A DNA stretch of 64,000 nucleotides, taken from NCBI GenBank assembly GCA_964016885.1, contig OZ024755.1, positions 10,354,001 to 10,418,000 on the forward strand, read 5' to 3'. The DNA comes from Eledone cirrhosa (Eukaryota). Both the position numbers and the translations under genes were made by a program. Under the pieces are notes generated by a model that was given only the letters and a program-made list of their open reading frames with translations, was not told the origin of the DNA and searched no databases. Positions 13,665 through 27,634 of this stretch are shown in pieces (position 1 is the stretch's first letter; each line of letters begins with the position of its first letter).

Positions 13665-13725
13665 ATATTTACGTCGAATAGAAAGTGAAGCCATCTGACG
13701 TTTCGGGTTATACCCGTTATCAAAG
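13665..13725 (-). mobile_element. Degenerate hammerhead-like motif (family D-like)
   Basis: Minus strand reads TTGATAA-C-GGG(TATAA)CCC-GAA-ACGTC...GACGT-A. A similar decayed motif lies at about 14061-14090. Confidence 0.4.
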
Positions 13726-13892
13726 TAGAGTAAGGGAAGAAAAGAGAAGAAAAAATAAGAAAAAGTGTTGTAACGATACCAAGTTTGAGAGCAGATGTGA
13801 TTCAAATGGGTATATCATATTATATTATATATAAGTGTTTGTCTGAAAAACATTTTGGAGAAAAAGCACGTCTGTATTTAGTTCGCCATTTT

Positions 13893-13977
<85 letters not shown>

Positions 13978-14329
13978 TCAAGCTGAAAAAGACTATCACT
14001 AAAAACAATTACATAAAGTCTTATTACTCTCATGCTTGTAGGAAACGAAAAATGTATGCCTTAACGTATCGGACATCAGTCTTTCATCAAAAAGAGAAAG
14101 AGGAGGTTAGAAGGTTTCAGGAAAGAGAGAAAAAAAATCATTTATCAGGATAGACCTACTTGTTTGTATATGTGTGTATATGACTTAGATACATATCGTG
14201 GTTCAGAAAACAATATGTGTGTTTCTTTGTTTCGAACCAATGATAATATTTTGTTTTCAATATACTAGAAAAAAATAAAATTGCAGAAATGCCGAGAATG
14301 TTTTATTAGAGAAAAAATGATGTTCGACA

Positions 14330-14857
14330 GTTGTCACTGTTGATGTTGCTGTCGTTGTAATTGTTGTTATTGCTGGTGTTGTTGCTGGTGTTGTTGTAGT
14401 TGTTATTGCTGTACTTGTCACTGTTGTTGTTGCTGGTGTTGTTGTAGTTGTTATTGCTGTACTTGTCACTGTTGTTGTTGCTGGTGTTGTTGTAGTTGTC
14501 ATTGCTGTACTTGTCACTGTTGTTGTTGCTGGTGTTGTTGTAGTTGTTATTGCTGTACTTGTCACTGTTGTTGTTGCTGGTGTTGTTGCAGTTGTCATTG
14601 CTGTACTTGTCACTGTTGTTGTTGTTGTCGTAGTTGTTGCTGTTGTAGTATTAGTTGTTGCTGTACTTGTCACTGTTGTAGTTGTTGCCATTGTTGTCGT
14701 AGTTGTTGCTGTTGTAGTTAGTTGTTGCTGTAGTTGTTGAAGTAGTTGTTATTGTTGTTGCTTTTGTAGTTGATGTTGCTGTTATTGTTGTTGTAGTTGT
14801 TGCTGTAACCGTTGTTACTGTAGTAGTGGTTGTTGTAGTTGGTGTTATTGTTGTTGT

Positions 14858-14917
<60 letters not shown>

Positions 14918-14935
14918 TGTTGTTGTTGTTGTTGC
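14330..14935. repeat. 48-bp minisatellite grading into (GTT)/(GCA)/(GTA) runs
   Basis: Unit CTGTACTTGTCACTGTTGTTGTTGCTGGTGTTGTTGTAGTTGTTATTG. Confidence 0.9.
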
Positions 14936-15105
14936 TATTCTTGATAAGGTTTGGTTATTACATTATTTCTGTGGAATACTCGGCCACTTAGTAGATAAAT
15001 ACACGAGCTGGACGTTCTATCGGTTGAACAACTGAATGTTCGTCGTCGAAACTGACGAAGGGTCTATCACATGTGTGTGTATGTATGTGTGAAATAGAAA
15101 CATAA

Positions 15106-15187
<82 letters not shown>

Positions 15188-15359
15188 ATATATATATATA
15201 TAAATATATATATTGTTATGCTTTGAAGTGAAAGCAACTGGTGCGTGTGTTTCTTATAGGCAACATGACCCTCCCAAAGCATAAAAATATCCGTTTCAAC
15301 ACACGTTTTTAGATAAAGAATCTTGCTAAACAAATTCAGAAACGAAATATATATATATG

Positions 15360-15442
<83 letters not shown>

Positions 15443-15446
15443 ATGT

Positions 15447-15477
<31 letters not shown>

Positions 15478-15706
15478 CACAGTCAAGTTTGCAATTTTCA
15501 ACTGTGAAAATTTTCAACAGTTGAAAATTGCAAACTTGACTGTCACCACACATTATGAACCTGAAGATTGCGAAAGCATGAAAGTACTTGTTCAATTAAC
15601 ACTTAACATTTAATATTCTACCATACTATTTCATTCTAATACCATTATAAATTTTAAAGGATTGTAAATAAAACGAGTAAATCAGACAAAGTTGGAATTC
15701 CTTTGA

Positions 15707-15782
<76 letters not shown>

Positions 15783-16187
15783 TATATACACCCAACACAG
15801 TTTAACCAACATATCTATTGGTTGACCTTTATGTGATCAGAGGTGACACGGAATGAGAGATCAACGGAATCCAGTAAATAATAATAAAAAAAACAAGATC
15901 GGAATTCGTTCATCTGACGTTCATACTTTATTTAAGGGCGTTAACATTACCAGTGATATATAAAACAGCTACCACTAGGATATACCAGACCTGCCAACCT
16001 CCAAAAACCCAAACGGGGAGTACCATAAAAAAAGGTGCCCCAAAGTGGGGAGATTTTACATAATGGAAGTTATACCAACATTTTCACAAGAGAAGACATC
16101 TCTCACCCACCCCAAAGTGGGTGAGAGATCTCGCCGATGGAAGACGGGTGTGCTGCAGTTCCGCAGTGCCTGTGCACGAGCCACCAC

Positions 16188-16243
<56 letters not shown>

Positions 16244-16959
16244 TGTACACACATACAGATACACACACACACAAACCCACACACACATATATATACTCGT
16301 ATATAGATAGACAATTAGTGTTTCCAATTTTCTCATTCGAAAATATCTACTATATATCTCCAGACCTTGTTGGATGCTAGATTGGGAGTAGGAGGAGGAG
16401 AAAAGTCAACACTATCACACCCCACCACTGGCACCCTCCACCACCGCCACCATCACCCCCACCATCACCACCATTTCCACCACTACTAATGTAGTAATTT
16501 ACATGTTTCAATTCTTATCACGTCTATCTGTCTCAATCTTATGTTTTTAGATAAAATCCTTCCATCCAGCGAGGAGAAAAGACTGCTAATGGATTCCTAG
16601 GGGCGCCTTCTTGGACATTTTAAAGTCTGGCAGAGCTCTTCGTTCTCCAGGCTGGAACACAACCGATTTCTTCCAGAGAAGAAGGGGGAGAGTGAGAGAA
16701 TGAGAGAGGGAGAGTGTGTGTGAGAGAGAGAGTGACAAGGAGAGAGAGAAAATATGTGTCTGCGAGAGAAAGTATGTATGTGATAAACATAGAGAATATG
16801 TGAGAGAGAGGGAGAGAGATTGAGGGAGAGAGAATGTTTGTGAGAGATAAATAGAGAGGCTTTGTGTATGAGAGTGAGAATGTATGTGTGTGAGAGAGAG
16901 AGAGTGACAGAGAGAGAAAGTGAGAAAAAAACATGAAGGAAGAGTCGACTCTAGTATGT

Positions 16960-17515
16960 GACTGGTACTTTATTTTATCGACCTTGGAAGGATGAAGGGC
17001 AAACTTGAGCTTGGCAGGATTTGAACTCAGAATGTAAAGAGCCAGAGTAAATACTGATGCTTTAACAATTCTGCCAATCTAACATCATATTTTTAAAAAT
17101 CATACTGCCATTGAAATGCTCACACCACACTATCTCATGACCCAGTAGCATATATATTGATTTCTCTTCATCAATAATATTTATTGCAATTTAAAAAAAA
17201 AAATATTGATTTTATACATTATCGCTAGCTTTTGAGGTTTTTTTGAAAAAGTATAAATATTCTTATTTTTAAAAACTGCTTTCAACTATTAGACTGCACC
17301 ATCTTTGTGTGTTTAGTTGATAATGGTTTCTAATACAGGCACAAGGGCAAACATTTTTGCAGGAGGGGAAAGTCAATTAAATTAACCCAGTGCATTACTG
17401 GTACTTTATTTTATCGAACCCATAAGGATGAAAGGCAAAACTAACCTCGGCGGGATTTGGATTCAGAATGCAAAGGGCTGTAACTCTATGCCGCGAAGCA
17501 GAGTGTCCGACGCTT
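16960..17515 (-). mobile_element. Two SINE copies (about 16960-17080 and 17322-17515)
   Basis: ACTGGTACTTTATTTTATCGA...GGATGAA.GGCAAA...GGATTTG is the reverse complement of the same SINE. Confidence 0.6.
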
Positions 17516-18333
17516 AGTTGATAATAGCATTTAAATAAGTACTAATCCCAGCCAGAAGCTGGTTACACTTGTATAGGGGGAAGAGGCTAGCTGAAGATCT
17601 CAATGTGGCCCTTGTGTATTATTTATGGTAGTAAAAGAATTAATTTTGATCCTTTTAAATACTGTGGGGGCCCCTAACTGCAGATCTGTCAGCATCATAA
17701 CTCCTTAATCCACCAATGATCCCAGTAGATATTTCAGTTTGACACTTATTCTATAGATCCCTATTTATGGTGATTCCCATAGCTTTTAATGCTAATGTGT
17801 TGTGATTGTACCTTCCAAATAGAAATTTCTACAATTCCCACAACCCTTTTCTGTTCTTGGGAGCTTTGTCTTAACCCTTTCAAAACCCAATTTCTAATGT
17901 CATGGGTACTTTAAATCTGATGAAGTCCACCCTCTCCATGTTTCAACAATGGCTGCAACAACTTGATTTCTCTCCCTTAAAAAGTCAAATAACCACTCCT
18001 TAGATTTCCAGTTGTGCAGAAATTACGGAGATTGGGACATATAATCCCTGTACATCTCTCTATCAAAAGTAATACAACACCAATTATACTATTGAATATC
18101 AGTGGTAATGAATATCAACCCTTGAATTAGCACATTTATAATTAAATATATCATCATCATTGTTATTGTCATCATCATCATCATTACATCATCATCATTA
18201 CATCATCATCATTACATCATCATTTCACCTTAATATCTCAAGTGTTGCACCTTTTGAAAGAGGAAGCATTCATGTTTGTATGTGTAGCCTCTGGACAGTG
18301 ATTGCTATGTTGCTGATGATGATGATGATAATG

Positions 18334-18390
<57 letters not shown>

Positions 18391-18507
18391 GTACATGTGT
18401 GTGTGTGTGCATATGTATGTGTGTATATTTATCATTGATGCCACAGAAATATGTATTACAACAGATTAAGAATTAAAGGAATTATGAATATCTACATCTG
18501 CCCTTCG

Positions 18508-18660
18508 CAGAACTGTTTCATTCAAAGGGCTTTCCTGATGGTTTCCCTTGAACGAAACAGTTCTAGTCCTGTAGAAGCCATTTCTATATTAAATTTGATG
18601 TTTAGGGTATTGAGTTTCTTACTTACTGTGGTTACCCCCGATCGATTAAACCAGGGACTC

Positions 18661-18717
<57 letters not shown>

Positions 18718-18775
18718 ATATAGAAATGGCTTCCCCCATGGTTACCCCCGATTGAACCCGGGATAAACTTATATC
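18508..18775 (+). mobile_element. Family A hammerhead element, second copy (core CTGATGG, probably inactive)
   Basis: GAAACAGTTCTAGTCCTGTAGAAGCCATTTCTATAT...GTGGTTACCCCCGAT is shared with the 12.2-12.4 kb copy. Interrupted by (TA)n. Confidence 0.65.
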
Positions 18776-18909
18776 TATATATAACCTACAGTTAGTAGGC
18801 ACCTCTAACAAAAATACAACCCTGTCCCACCACCCCTACCCATCCACACCACCCCTTTTGATGTAAAGTTATGTTGGTACCACAACATCCAGTCCGAAAT
18901 AAATGAGGT

Positions 18910-19452
18910 TGTGTAGGTGACACGACAAAAAAACACAGTCCACGCTGTAATGTGGCCGTGTAGGTAACACGGTAAAAACCTCCCAGTCCACACTGTAAAC
19001 GTGGTTGGTGTTAGGAAGGGCATCCAACCGTAGAAAACCCGCCAGACAGTCCTATACGAGCAAGACAACCAATCTTGCCTCAAGTGGGAAAATTCCCGTC
19101 CAAACCCATGCAAGCATGGAAGATGGACGTTAAACGTTGATGATGATGATGATGATGATGTGATGATATCTATGTATATATGATGATATGTATATATATA
19201 TATAGATCGTGTAGGTGTCACGACAAAAAAACACACAGTCCACGCTGTAATGTGGCCGTGTAGGCAACACGATAAAAACCTCCCAGTCCCACACTGTAAA
19301 TGTGGTTGGTGTTAGGAAGGGCATCTAGCTGTAGAAAACCCGCCAGACAGTCCTATGCGAGCAAGACAACCACTCTTGCCTCAAGTGGGAAAACCCCCGT
19401 CCAAACCCATGCAAGCGTGGAACACGGACGTTAAACGTTGATGATGATGATG
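18910..19452 (+). repeat. Tandem duplication (about 300 bp) of a SINE 3' segment with (GAT)n tails
   Basis: 18910-19160 and 19208-19452 share GTGGTTGGTGTTAGGAAGGGCATC...GGACGTTAAACGTTGATGATG. Confidence 0.75.
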
Positions 19453-19753
19453 ATATATATATATATATATATATATGTGATGATATGTATATATATATAT
19501 ATATGATATATATATATATACATATGATATGATGCATATATGATGATATGTATATATATATATATATATGATGATATGTATATATATATATATATGATAT
19601 ATATATATATATGATATGATGCATATATGATGATATGTATATATATATAGATGATGATATGTATATATGTATATATGATATGCATATATATATATACATA
19701 TATGTATATATACACATATTATCATATATACATATATATATATATCATCATTA

Positions 19754-20091
19754 GGCACATGGCTTAGTGGTTAGAGCATTGGGCTTGCAATCGAAAGGTT
19801 GTGAGTTCAATTCTCAGACCAGGTGATGTGTTGTTTCCTTGAGCAAGACACTTTATTTCACATTGCTCCAGTTTACTCAGCTGTAGAAATGAGATGATAG
19901 GGACTGGGGTCCATATCATTCCACTGCAAAGTGGTCGTGGAGGTGCCACAGCAAAAAAAGCACCCAGCACTCACTATAAATGAGGTTGGTGTTAGGAAGG
20001 GCATCCAGCTGTAGAAATCAAGCCAGAATCAGTTCCCGTCCCACCCTTCCAAGCAGGGAAAAGTGTATGTAAAATGATGATGATGATGATG

Positions 20092-20092
<1 letters not shown>
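19754..20092 (+). mobile_element. Full-length tRNA-derived SINE (second family)
   Basis: A-box TGGCTTAGTGG, B-box GAGTTCAATTC, CTTGAGCAAGACACTTTATTTCACAT core and (GAT)n tail. Relatives lie at about 21830-22135 and 63055-63350. Confidence 0.7.
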
Positions 20093-20132
<40 letters not shown>

Positions 20133-20460
20133 TTATTCATACCTTGTAGTGATATTCAGAGGAGGAAGAGGAAATAATGTTTTAGTGTGTAGTGATGACA
20201 ATGTAAACACGTTATGTCATCATCAGTCGAAAAATTTATGAAGCGATGTCACCAACACGCAGTAATAATCATTTCACCATAAGTTACAATAACAACAGCT
20301 ACAGTAGCTACAGAAGCAGCAGCAGCTGATGATGATAATGCAATTAGGTTGTATGTGTCTATATATATATATATGTAACGGCTATAATGATAGCCGTTAC
20401 ACATATATATATAGACACATACATACATGTTTACACACATATATATACACATAATACATA

Positions 20461-20498
<38 letters not shown>

Positions 20499-20543
20499 CA
20501 CACATACATACATAAATATACATACACATACATATATACACAC

Positions 20544-20575
<32 letters not shown>

Positions 20576-21389
20576 CTCACATACATATATGTACACACAT
20601 ACATATATGTACATACATGCATACTTATACACACATATTTCAATCTACTTTGTAATATCTTAATTCTTTATATTATTTGTATCATTATTATTATAACCTT
20701 TAAAGAAGACGGTACAGGAAAACTTCTTTCCTATGCTAGACCATGCTGTGTGCAGTCTGATAGGAAGTATTTAAAAAGTTTTAAATTGGTCTCAACATCA
20801 ATACTATATAACAACAACAACAACAACAACAAAAACAACACAAATAATTGTTTCTTCTTTGAAGAGAAGGGGAAAATCAATTAAACTAACCCCAGTGCAT
20901 TACTGGAACTTATATAACTTCAACAATAATAATTGTTTCTACGTTGAAGGGAAGGGAAAAGTCAATTACCTGGACTTTATTTTATCGACCCTGTAAAGAT
21001 GTAAGCCAAAGCTAACCATACCAGGATTTGAACTCAGAACGTAAAGAAAGTCTGTAACTATATACCTCAAAGCATGTTGTCTGGCGCTCCACCAATACTG
21101 CCATTCAGAGAAAGAAGAGTGGAGAAAGAAGAAGAAAAAAATAAAATAAAAGAAACTAAAATGAAGGCAAATATGAATTGTGACATCTCGTGTATTAACA
21201 TTAAGGTAAATATAAGTTAACCATTGATCATCATCATCATCATTATCATCATCATTTTTATGTTGACTTCTCCAGGCTGGCATAGGTTAGACTGTCCGAT
21301 ATGTTATATTGTATGTTGGGTTGGGGTCAGACACAAACTGAAGGGCTACACCGGTGGCACACTCTCTAGATATGGTACTGATCACTTTT

Positions 21390-21423
<34 letters not shown>

Positions 21424-21555
21424 AAAATAATTAGTTCCAGAACATAACCAGATTCGCTTTAACCAAGAATTGAATATGTTAGGAACTTATTACCTCTTAT
21501 TTACCACACACATGATAAAGATTGAAAAATAGTCAGAAATAAAATTGAAATTGAT

Positions 21556-21715
21556 GAGACACCGAGCAAGATGGTTGGATAACATTCATGAGCTTGGCTG
21601 GTCTTGCTTGGGGATCCAGTCGGATCAACTGGAGACAGTTGCTTCTGATTAGACCTGCTAGAAGGAGAACATGAGGAATCTGCCCCCACGACCCTCCCAA
21701 GAATAAGTGGGCAAA
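21556..21715 (+). mobile_element. RTE LINE 3' fragment, same family as 264-470
   Basis: CGAGCAAGATGGTTGGATAACAT...GATCAACTGGAGACAGTTGCTTCTGA is homologous to the reverse complement of about 300-420. Confidence 0.65.
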
Positions 21716-22187
21716 GAAGAAGAGAAGCTGTCATGTCCTTGACTCAACTAAAGGTTCCTCCCAACCCTTTTTTTTTTGCATCTTTCTATGTCAGGATGCT
21801 ATTCCTATCACCAACACTAGAGAGGTTAGTAGGCATGTGGGTTAGATGGTAGGGTATTCAGCACATGATCATAGAGTCATAAGTTCATTCCTTGGACCAG
21901 TGCAATAATTACTTGAGCAAGACACTTTATTTCACATAGCTCAGTTAGCAAAAATTAGTTGTACCTGTAATTCAAGGGGTCAGCCTTGTCATATATTGTG
22001 TCACCCTGAATCTCTCTGAGAAGTATGTTAAGGATACATGTGTCTGTGGAATGCTCAGCCACTTGCACATTAATTTCATGAGCAGGCTGTCCCAATAAAT
22101 CACCTGGGGCACTTGTCGGAAACACTGGTCCAACTACAACACATGCACATATATATATGTGTGTGTAGGTTTCTGAGTGGTGTCAGA

Positions 22188-22320
22188 GGTACTCAATACA
22201 TTGGTAGAATATAGGAATCTTTATTATATATAGAAATGATTTCTACAGGATCAGAACTGCTTCCTTCGTATACGAATGAGGCAATTTTGGTCCTATGGAA
22301 GTCATTTCTATATATAATAA

Positions 22321-22324
<4 letters not shown>
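22188..22324. mobile_element. Family A element, degenerate palindromic copy next to (TA)n
   Basis: GGTACTCAATACAT...TAGAAATGATTTCTACAGGATCAGAACTG and an imperfect palindrome at 22217-22324. Confidence 0.55.
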
Positions 22325-22356
<32 letters not shown>

Positions 22357-22734
22357 TTATCATCATTTAACACCCATATTTCCATGGTCAACATGCGCTG
22401 GACATGTTGTCATGGACCAAGTCGGTATTTAATCAGAATTAGTCTCCTCATTCATAGGCCAGGTGCCTATATCTTGCTAACTTACATTCCAGATTTGGCA
22501 TGATTTCTATGGCAGGATGCCCTTCTTATCACTCACCAACTACCTGGGTGCATCTGCACCAATAAATTTGTGTGTTGCATCTATTTGTTCAGCCAACCAC
22601 CTGCATACCATATGTAATCATTCATAGCTGAAGTAGAATACAGCAATAACAACAACAAAAGTGGTTGGTGATTGAATGGAAACAATATAGGTTAGAGGAG
22701 ACTCTTCAGTCTGGCCTAGCATGACAACCTCTCT

Positions 22735-23776
22735 AGTGCTGGTGCTATGATAAAATACACCCAGTACACTCTGTAAAGTGGTAGTACTGGTGCCATGATA
22801 GAATATACCCAGCACATTCTGTAAAGTGGTAGTGCTGGTGCCACAATAAATTGCACCCAGTATATTCTGTAAAGTGGTAGTACTGTTACCACTATGGAAT
22901 GCACTCAGTACATTCTGTGAAGTGGTAGTACTGTTACCACAATGGAATGCACTCAGTACATTCTGTGAAGTAGTAGCACCAGGCCCACAATAGAATGCAC
23001 CCAGGACACTTAGTAAAATGACAGTGTTGGTGCAACAATAGAATGTTCCCAGTATATTCTGTGAAGAGGTAGCATCAGGCCCACAGTAGAGTGCACCCAG
23101 TACATTCTGTAAAATGGTAGTGCTAGTTCCACAATAGAAAGCACCCAGTACACTTTGTAAAGTGGCAGTGTTAGTTCCACAGTAGAATGCACCCATTACA
23201 TTCTGTAAAGTGGTAGTGTTAGTTCCACAGTAGAATGCACCCAGTACATTCTGTAAAGTGGTAGTGCTAGTTCCACAGTAGAATGTACCCAGTACATTCT
23301 GTAAAGTGGTAGTGCTAGTTCCACAGTAGAATGCACCCAGTACATTCTGTAAAGTGGTAGTGTTAGTTCCACAGTAGAATGCACCCAGTACATTCTGTAA
23401 AGTGGTAGTGTTAGTTCCACAGTAGAATGTACCCAGTACATTCTGTAAAGTGGTAGTGTTAGTTTCACAGTAGAATGCACCCAGTACATTCTGTAAAATG
23501 GTAGTGCTAGTTCCACAATAGAAAGCACCCAGTACACTTTGTAAAGTGGCAGTGTTAGTTCCACAGTAGAATGCACCCATTACATTCTGTAAAGTGGTAG
23601 TGTTAGTTCCACAGTAGAATGCACCCAGTACATTCTGTAAAGTGGTAGTGCTAGTTCCACAGTAGAATGTACCCAGTACATTCTGTAAAGTGGTAGTGTT
23701 AGTTTCACAGTAGAATGCACCCAGTACATTCTGTAAAGTGGTAGTGCTAGTTCCACAGTAGAATGTACCCAGTACA
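22735..23776. repeat. 48-bp minisatellite (about 21 copies)
   Basis: Unit CCCAGTACATTCTGTAAAGTGGTAGTGTTAGTTCCACAGTAGAATGCA, seen as 16-aa periodicity. Confidence 0.95.
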
Positions 23777-24635
23777 TCTCAGCATGGAATGATGACGATG
23801 ATGATGATGAACACAGTAGAATAGTTTTGTCTTGTAGAACCAGGGATGGTTTCGATTCAATCAAAGACTTATTACCAAATATGTAATTTGGCAGGATTTA
23901 GAAATATAATTAACTTTCTCATTAACAATTTATTGTTTAGAACATAACTTAACCATGGTTCTTTTATAGATTATGAGGGAAGATCTTAAGATAAATATAG
24001 GCACTACTCTTAACATCTTGTAATGATTTAGCAGAAACTATCTGTAAACAGGTTTGTCATTTCAACATTTACTAGTGGACAGATTTTTGTGAAAATTTGC
24101 TTTATAAGGATAAGGTCTTTAATTTTTCATGTGATGCAGTCACAGTGGTATCTAAACAAACAAAAAAATATATATATTTTTTAACTTTTCAGGAATGTCT
24201 TGCTAATGTGGTTTCAAGGGGTGCAGGACTTAAAAAGAAATAGTTTTGAATTATAAAACTAGGGTTTGCTGTGGGGCTGGAATCAGTCTAGGTTAAATTT
24301 AGTCTAAAATATTTCAATTAAACATTTTCTGTGCTATTTACTGATCCAATGCAATACTTACCAAGTATGTGATTTTTAATATCTAATAGAGAGAGAAAGG
24401 CACACTCCTTTTGAGTCAACCTTTGTTTCTTTAATGCCTTTCACAATCCCCCTTCTTCTGGTCATTTCCTCTCCTCACCTTCTCACACTCCCTCCAATTA
24501 CAACTTTTCCTTTTGTGAACTCCTCTCCTATCCTTCAACACTCCTGTGTCATCCAACAATAACTTACACCCTCACATTTCTAATCTCCCCCTCCCTTTCA
24601 TCGAGTAATACCATATATATGCATTTATGTTTGTT

Positions 24636-24670
<35 letters not shown>

Positions 24671-25415
24671 GCGTGTGTGTGTGTGTGTGTGTATTTCCCA
24701 CCATTTCAAACTCACGTCCGTTCCCAATTTTTCCTATTTTCATCTGGTTCAAATCTCCTACTCGTTGTCTCTCCTTACTTTAAACTATATCTCTCGCTTT
24801 TTCTACTATCTTATCTCGCTCTACTCTCTCCCTCTCTCATATACATAATTTTTCCCTATCTCTCCGTTTTTTCATTGCGCAGTACCTCTTATCGCTATCT
24901 TTTACCGTTTTCATCAACTTCCCTCTCATTGCGCAATACCATTTTATCTCTCTCTAAACATTTCCATCTCACCCTTTTCCTACCATTTCTCTCTAATAGC
25001 CGTTATTCTATTCCCCTCTGCCTATCCTTATAACTACCAATATCTCTCTCTTTCTCTCACACACCTTCCTATCCTTCCGTATTTACTACGCAATCACACG
25101 CACATGTCAACATATAACACACACAATGTTAACTATAACAAGCCGATTCTAAAAATAGCTGTCGACACAGCTGCAAAATAGTTCCTAATAGAAAACGAAC
25201 TATTCACTTTGTACAAACATTTACCACGTCTTTATTTTCATATTTTTCGAATTGAATTCTATAAGAAATGAAAAAATTCCAGCTAACAACGAATAAATGT
25301 GTGTAGATCTTACCATATGTACGGCGACTTAGATACAGAGATCGTTTGTACATGTTTTAGTCTAGTTTTTTTCTATGGCGTATTAATTAAAGATTTCCTC
25401 CGTTGTCTGTCGCCT

Positions 25416-25513
25416 ATTGGCTGGTAGTACGTGTCGACCGAATTACCACCCACTCTCGATAGTGATTCGGTCTCGTATATATATAACAAGCCTGGCGCTG
25501 AAATAATTTAGTC
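25416..25513 (+). promoter_or_regulatory. Candidate Pol II core promoter of the Tribbles gene
   Basis: Reverse CCAAT box (ATTGG 25416-25420), TATATAA at 25480-25486 and Inr-like TTAGTC with A at 25510, 30 nt downstream. Locally CpG-rich and repeat-free. Confidence 0.5.
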
Positions 25514-27634
25514 ACTGTGGGTGCCCGCTGACAGTGGTTTCCTGTGTTGCGTGTTCCGTCGTGAAGGGGTGTCGTGTCTCATAACACGCCCCTCCCTGTC
25601 CTGGAAGTACTTTGTTTAGGGGTTGAAGAAAAACAAAGAGTGTTTACAACACGAGGAGACTGCCCCAGCATCACAAAGGAACATATATATTTTCGTTTTT
25701 ACAATCAACTACTGGATATATTATTATATATATATTTCATTGAATAATCAGCTGCTTTTTTTAAACAGCTGTAAATAATACAAGATATATTTTATATATC
25801 TTTTATACACATAACTATTACATCTGAGTATTCTCATTTATATGTATATATATAATTTACACATTCTTTTGTGAGTTATAAATTTATACATTTTGCTTCA
25901 TTTATTGTTTTGAATCAATTACAAAATAAGGAATAACACAAATCTACGGGATATATTTACAAGTTTACACGGATAAAAGAAAGAATTATTAATCAAGTGT
26001 TAAAGCGAGTTTTCTTGCACTTCATCGTAAAAGCAACCACCTGCGACGTAATAACGATCGTAGTTTCCATGTAAAATCGGACACCTCTAAATAGGTAAAC
26101 TGTTCTTTCAACAAACCAAATGACATTAACTAACAAGCTGTTTTAATATTTATTTCATTTGTCGACAGATATATGAAAAAATGGATACGTAGAATTATAT
26201 ATAAGTATTTTTTTTTATTGTATATATGTATATAGTTGTATTATATGTAAGCTGACACCGCTCTACTTGTGAAGGTTACACTAGTCTATATATGTATGTA
26301 TATATACCTATATCTGTGATTGTTTTATAATTTGATTCTACATCCATATACCTCTGTCTGCTGCCAAAATGACTCCCTCAAACTATAAAATGGGGCGAAA
26401 GCTGGTGCTGTTTCGGCTGATAGCTAAGAGTTCTTATAGTCTTTGGGCGTCATAATGGAAACGTACAAGGAGAAAGCCACTATCGCCGCTACCGCCGCCA
26501 CCACTAGTAACAAGGCCACCAACACCGTAACATCTGCTAGAATTAACACCACATAGAAGATGAAAACTGTAATGACTATTGCAGCTGCATCTATGAAATT
26601 GCCTTGATTTTTTTTTCTCTTCAACGCCACCGCCATTATTTCACTATTCACACCTACTGCATTTGTAAATCTGATAGCAACTTTAATTTTTTTTTTTTAC
26701 TAGCTTTATTTACAACCCATTTAGCAGCTTGTTGCTTACCTTCTTTCACTAAGTTTCAAGGATACATTGCGTACTTTCAGTACCTTTTGATTGCCTTTTT
26801 TTCGTAAAAGAAAACATATCTGACGAAAACTTTTTTCGTCTGTTATAAGACCTACAACGGCTGATGCCAAGAATAATATATAGATAGATGGATATATGTA
26901 CATATATACCTTTATACATGAATACTAAATATCTTTATAAATAAAACTTATTTATTGTATCAAGTTACGAGTAAAGTTAAGAAAACAGTATTTTGTTATA
27001 AGAAATTGTATATAAAATATTTAAAGAGGAGACACAAAAGGGCATTTAAATAGTGAAGTTGAAGCAAGCAGTACTATTGGTATTGTTATAGTTATTTGTC
27101 ATTTTCAAAGTCATTATTAACGTCATCAAGAGCATTATCATCATCACCTTCATCATTGTTGATATCACCATCATTAACTGTGGACACCACGAGGGCAGCA
27201 ACCTTAACATTCCAATCGACAATCTGATGAAACTTTTATTTACGTTGTATCATAGATGAAAGTAGTGCAGGAATCCTTTAGAAATTCATTAAGTAATTAA
27301 TAATAAACTGTCCGTTATTCCGACAAGCTGCTATATGTAAACAGTTAAAATTGAGACATCTCTGATTTACATCATTTATCAACTTTAACTCGCCACGTAT
27401 CAAGTGCAGGATTTTTTCTTCTGTAAATACACATATACACACATGTATATATATGAACTGTAATAAATCTTTGTATTATATACATACCTAATTTATATTT
27501 CCACTTTGTTTCTATCTATATTTTATATATAGATAGATAAATTCTCATTCAACTTGCAAGAGAGCTTACCTTACTCTCTCTGACAAGAACTTCTATACCA
27601 TTATATATATATAAAGGAGATCTACACGTGTCCT

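Noticed and set aside
14257-14691. Mucin-like Thr/Pro ORF
   Set aside because: Entirely a 48-bp minisatellite, with no signal peptide or flanking exons visible.
22735-23776. CRISPR array
   Set aside because: Head-to-tail 48-bp units with no variable spacers.
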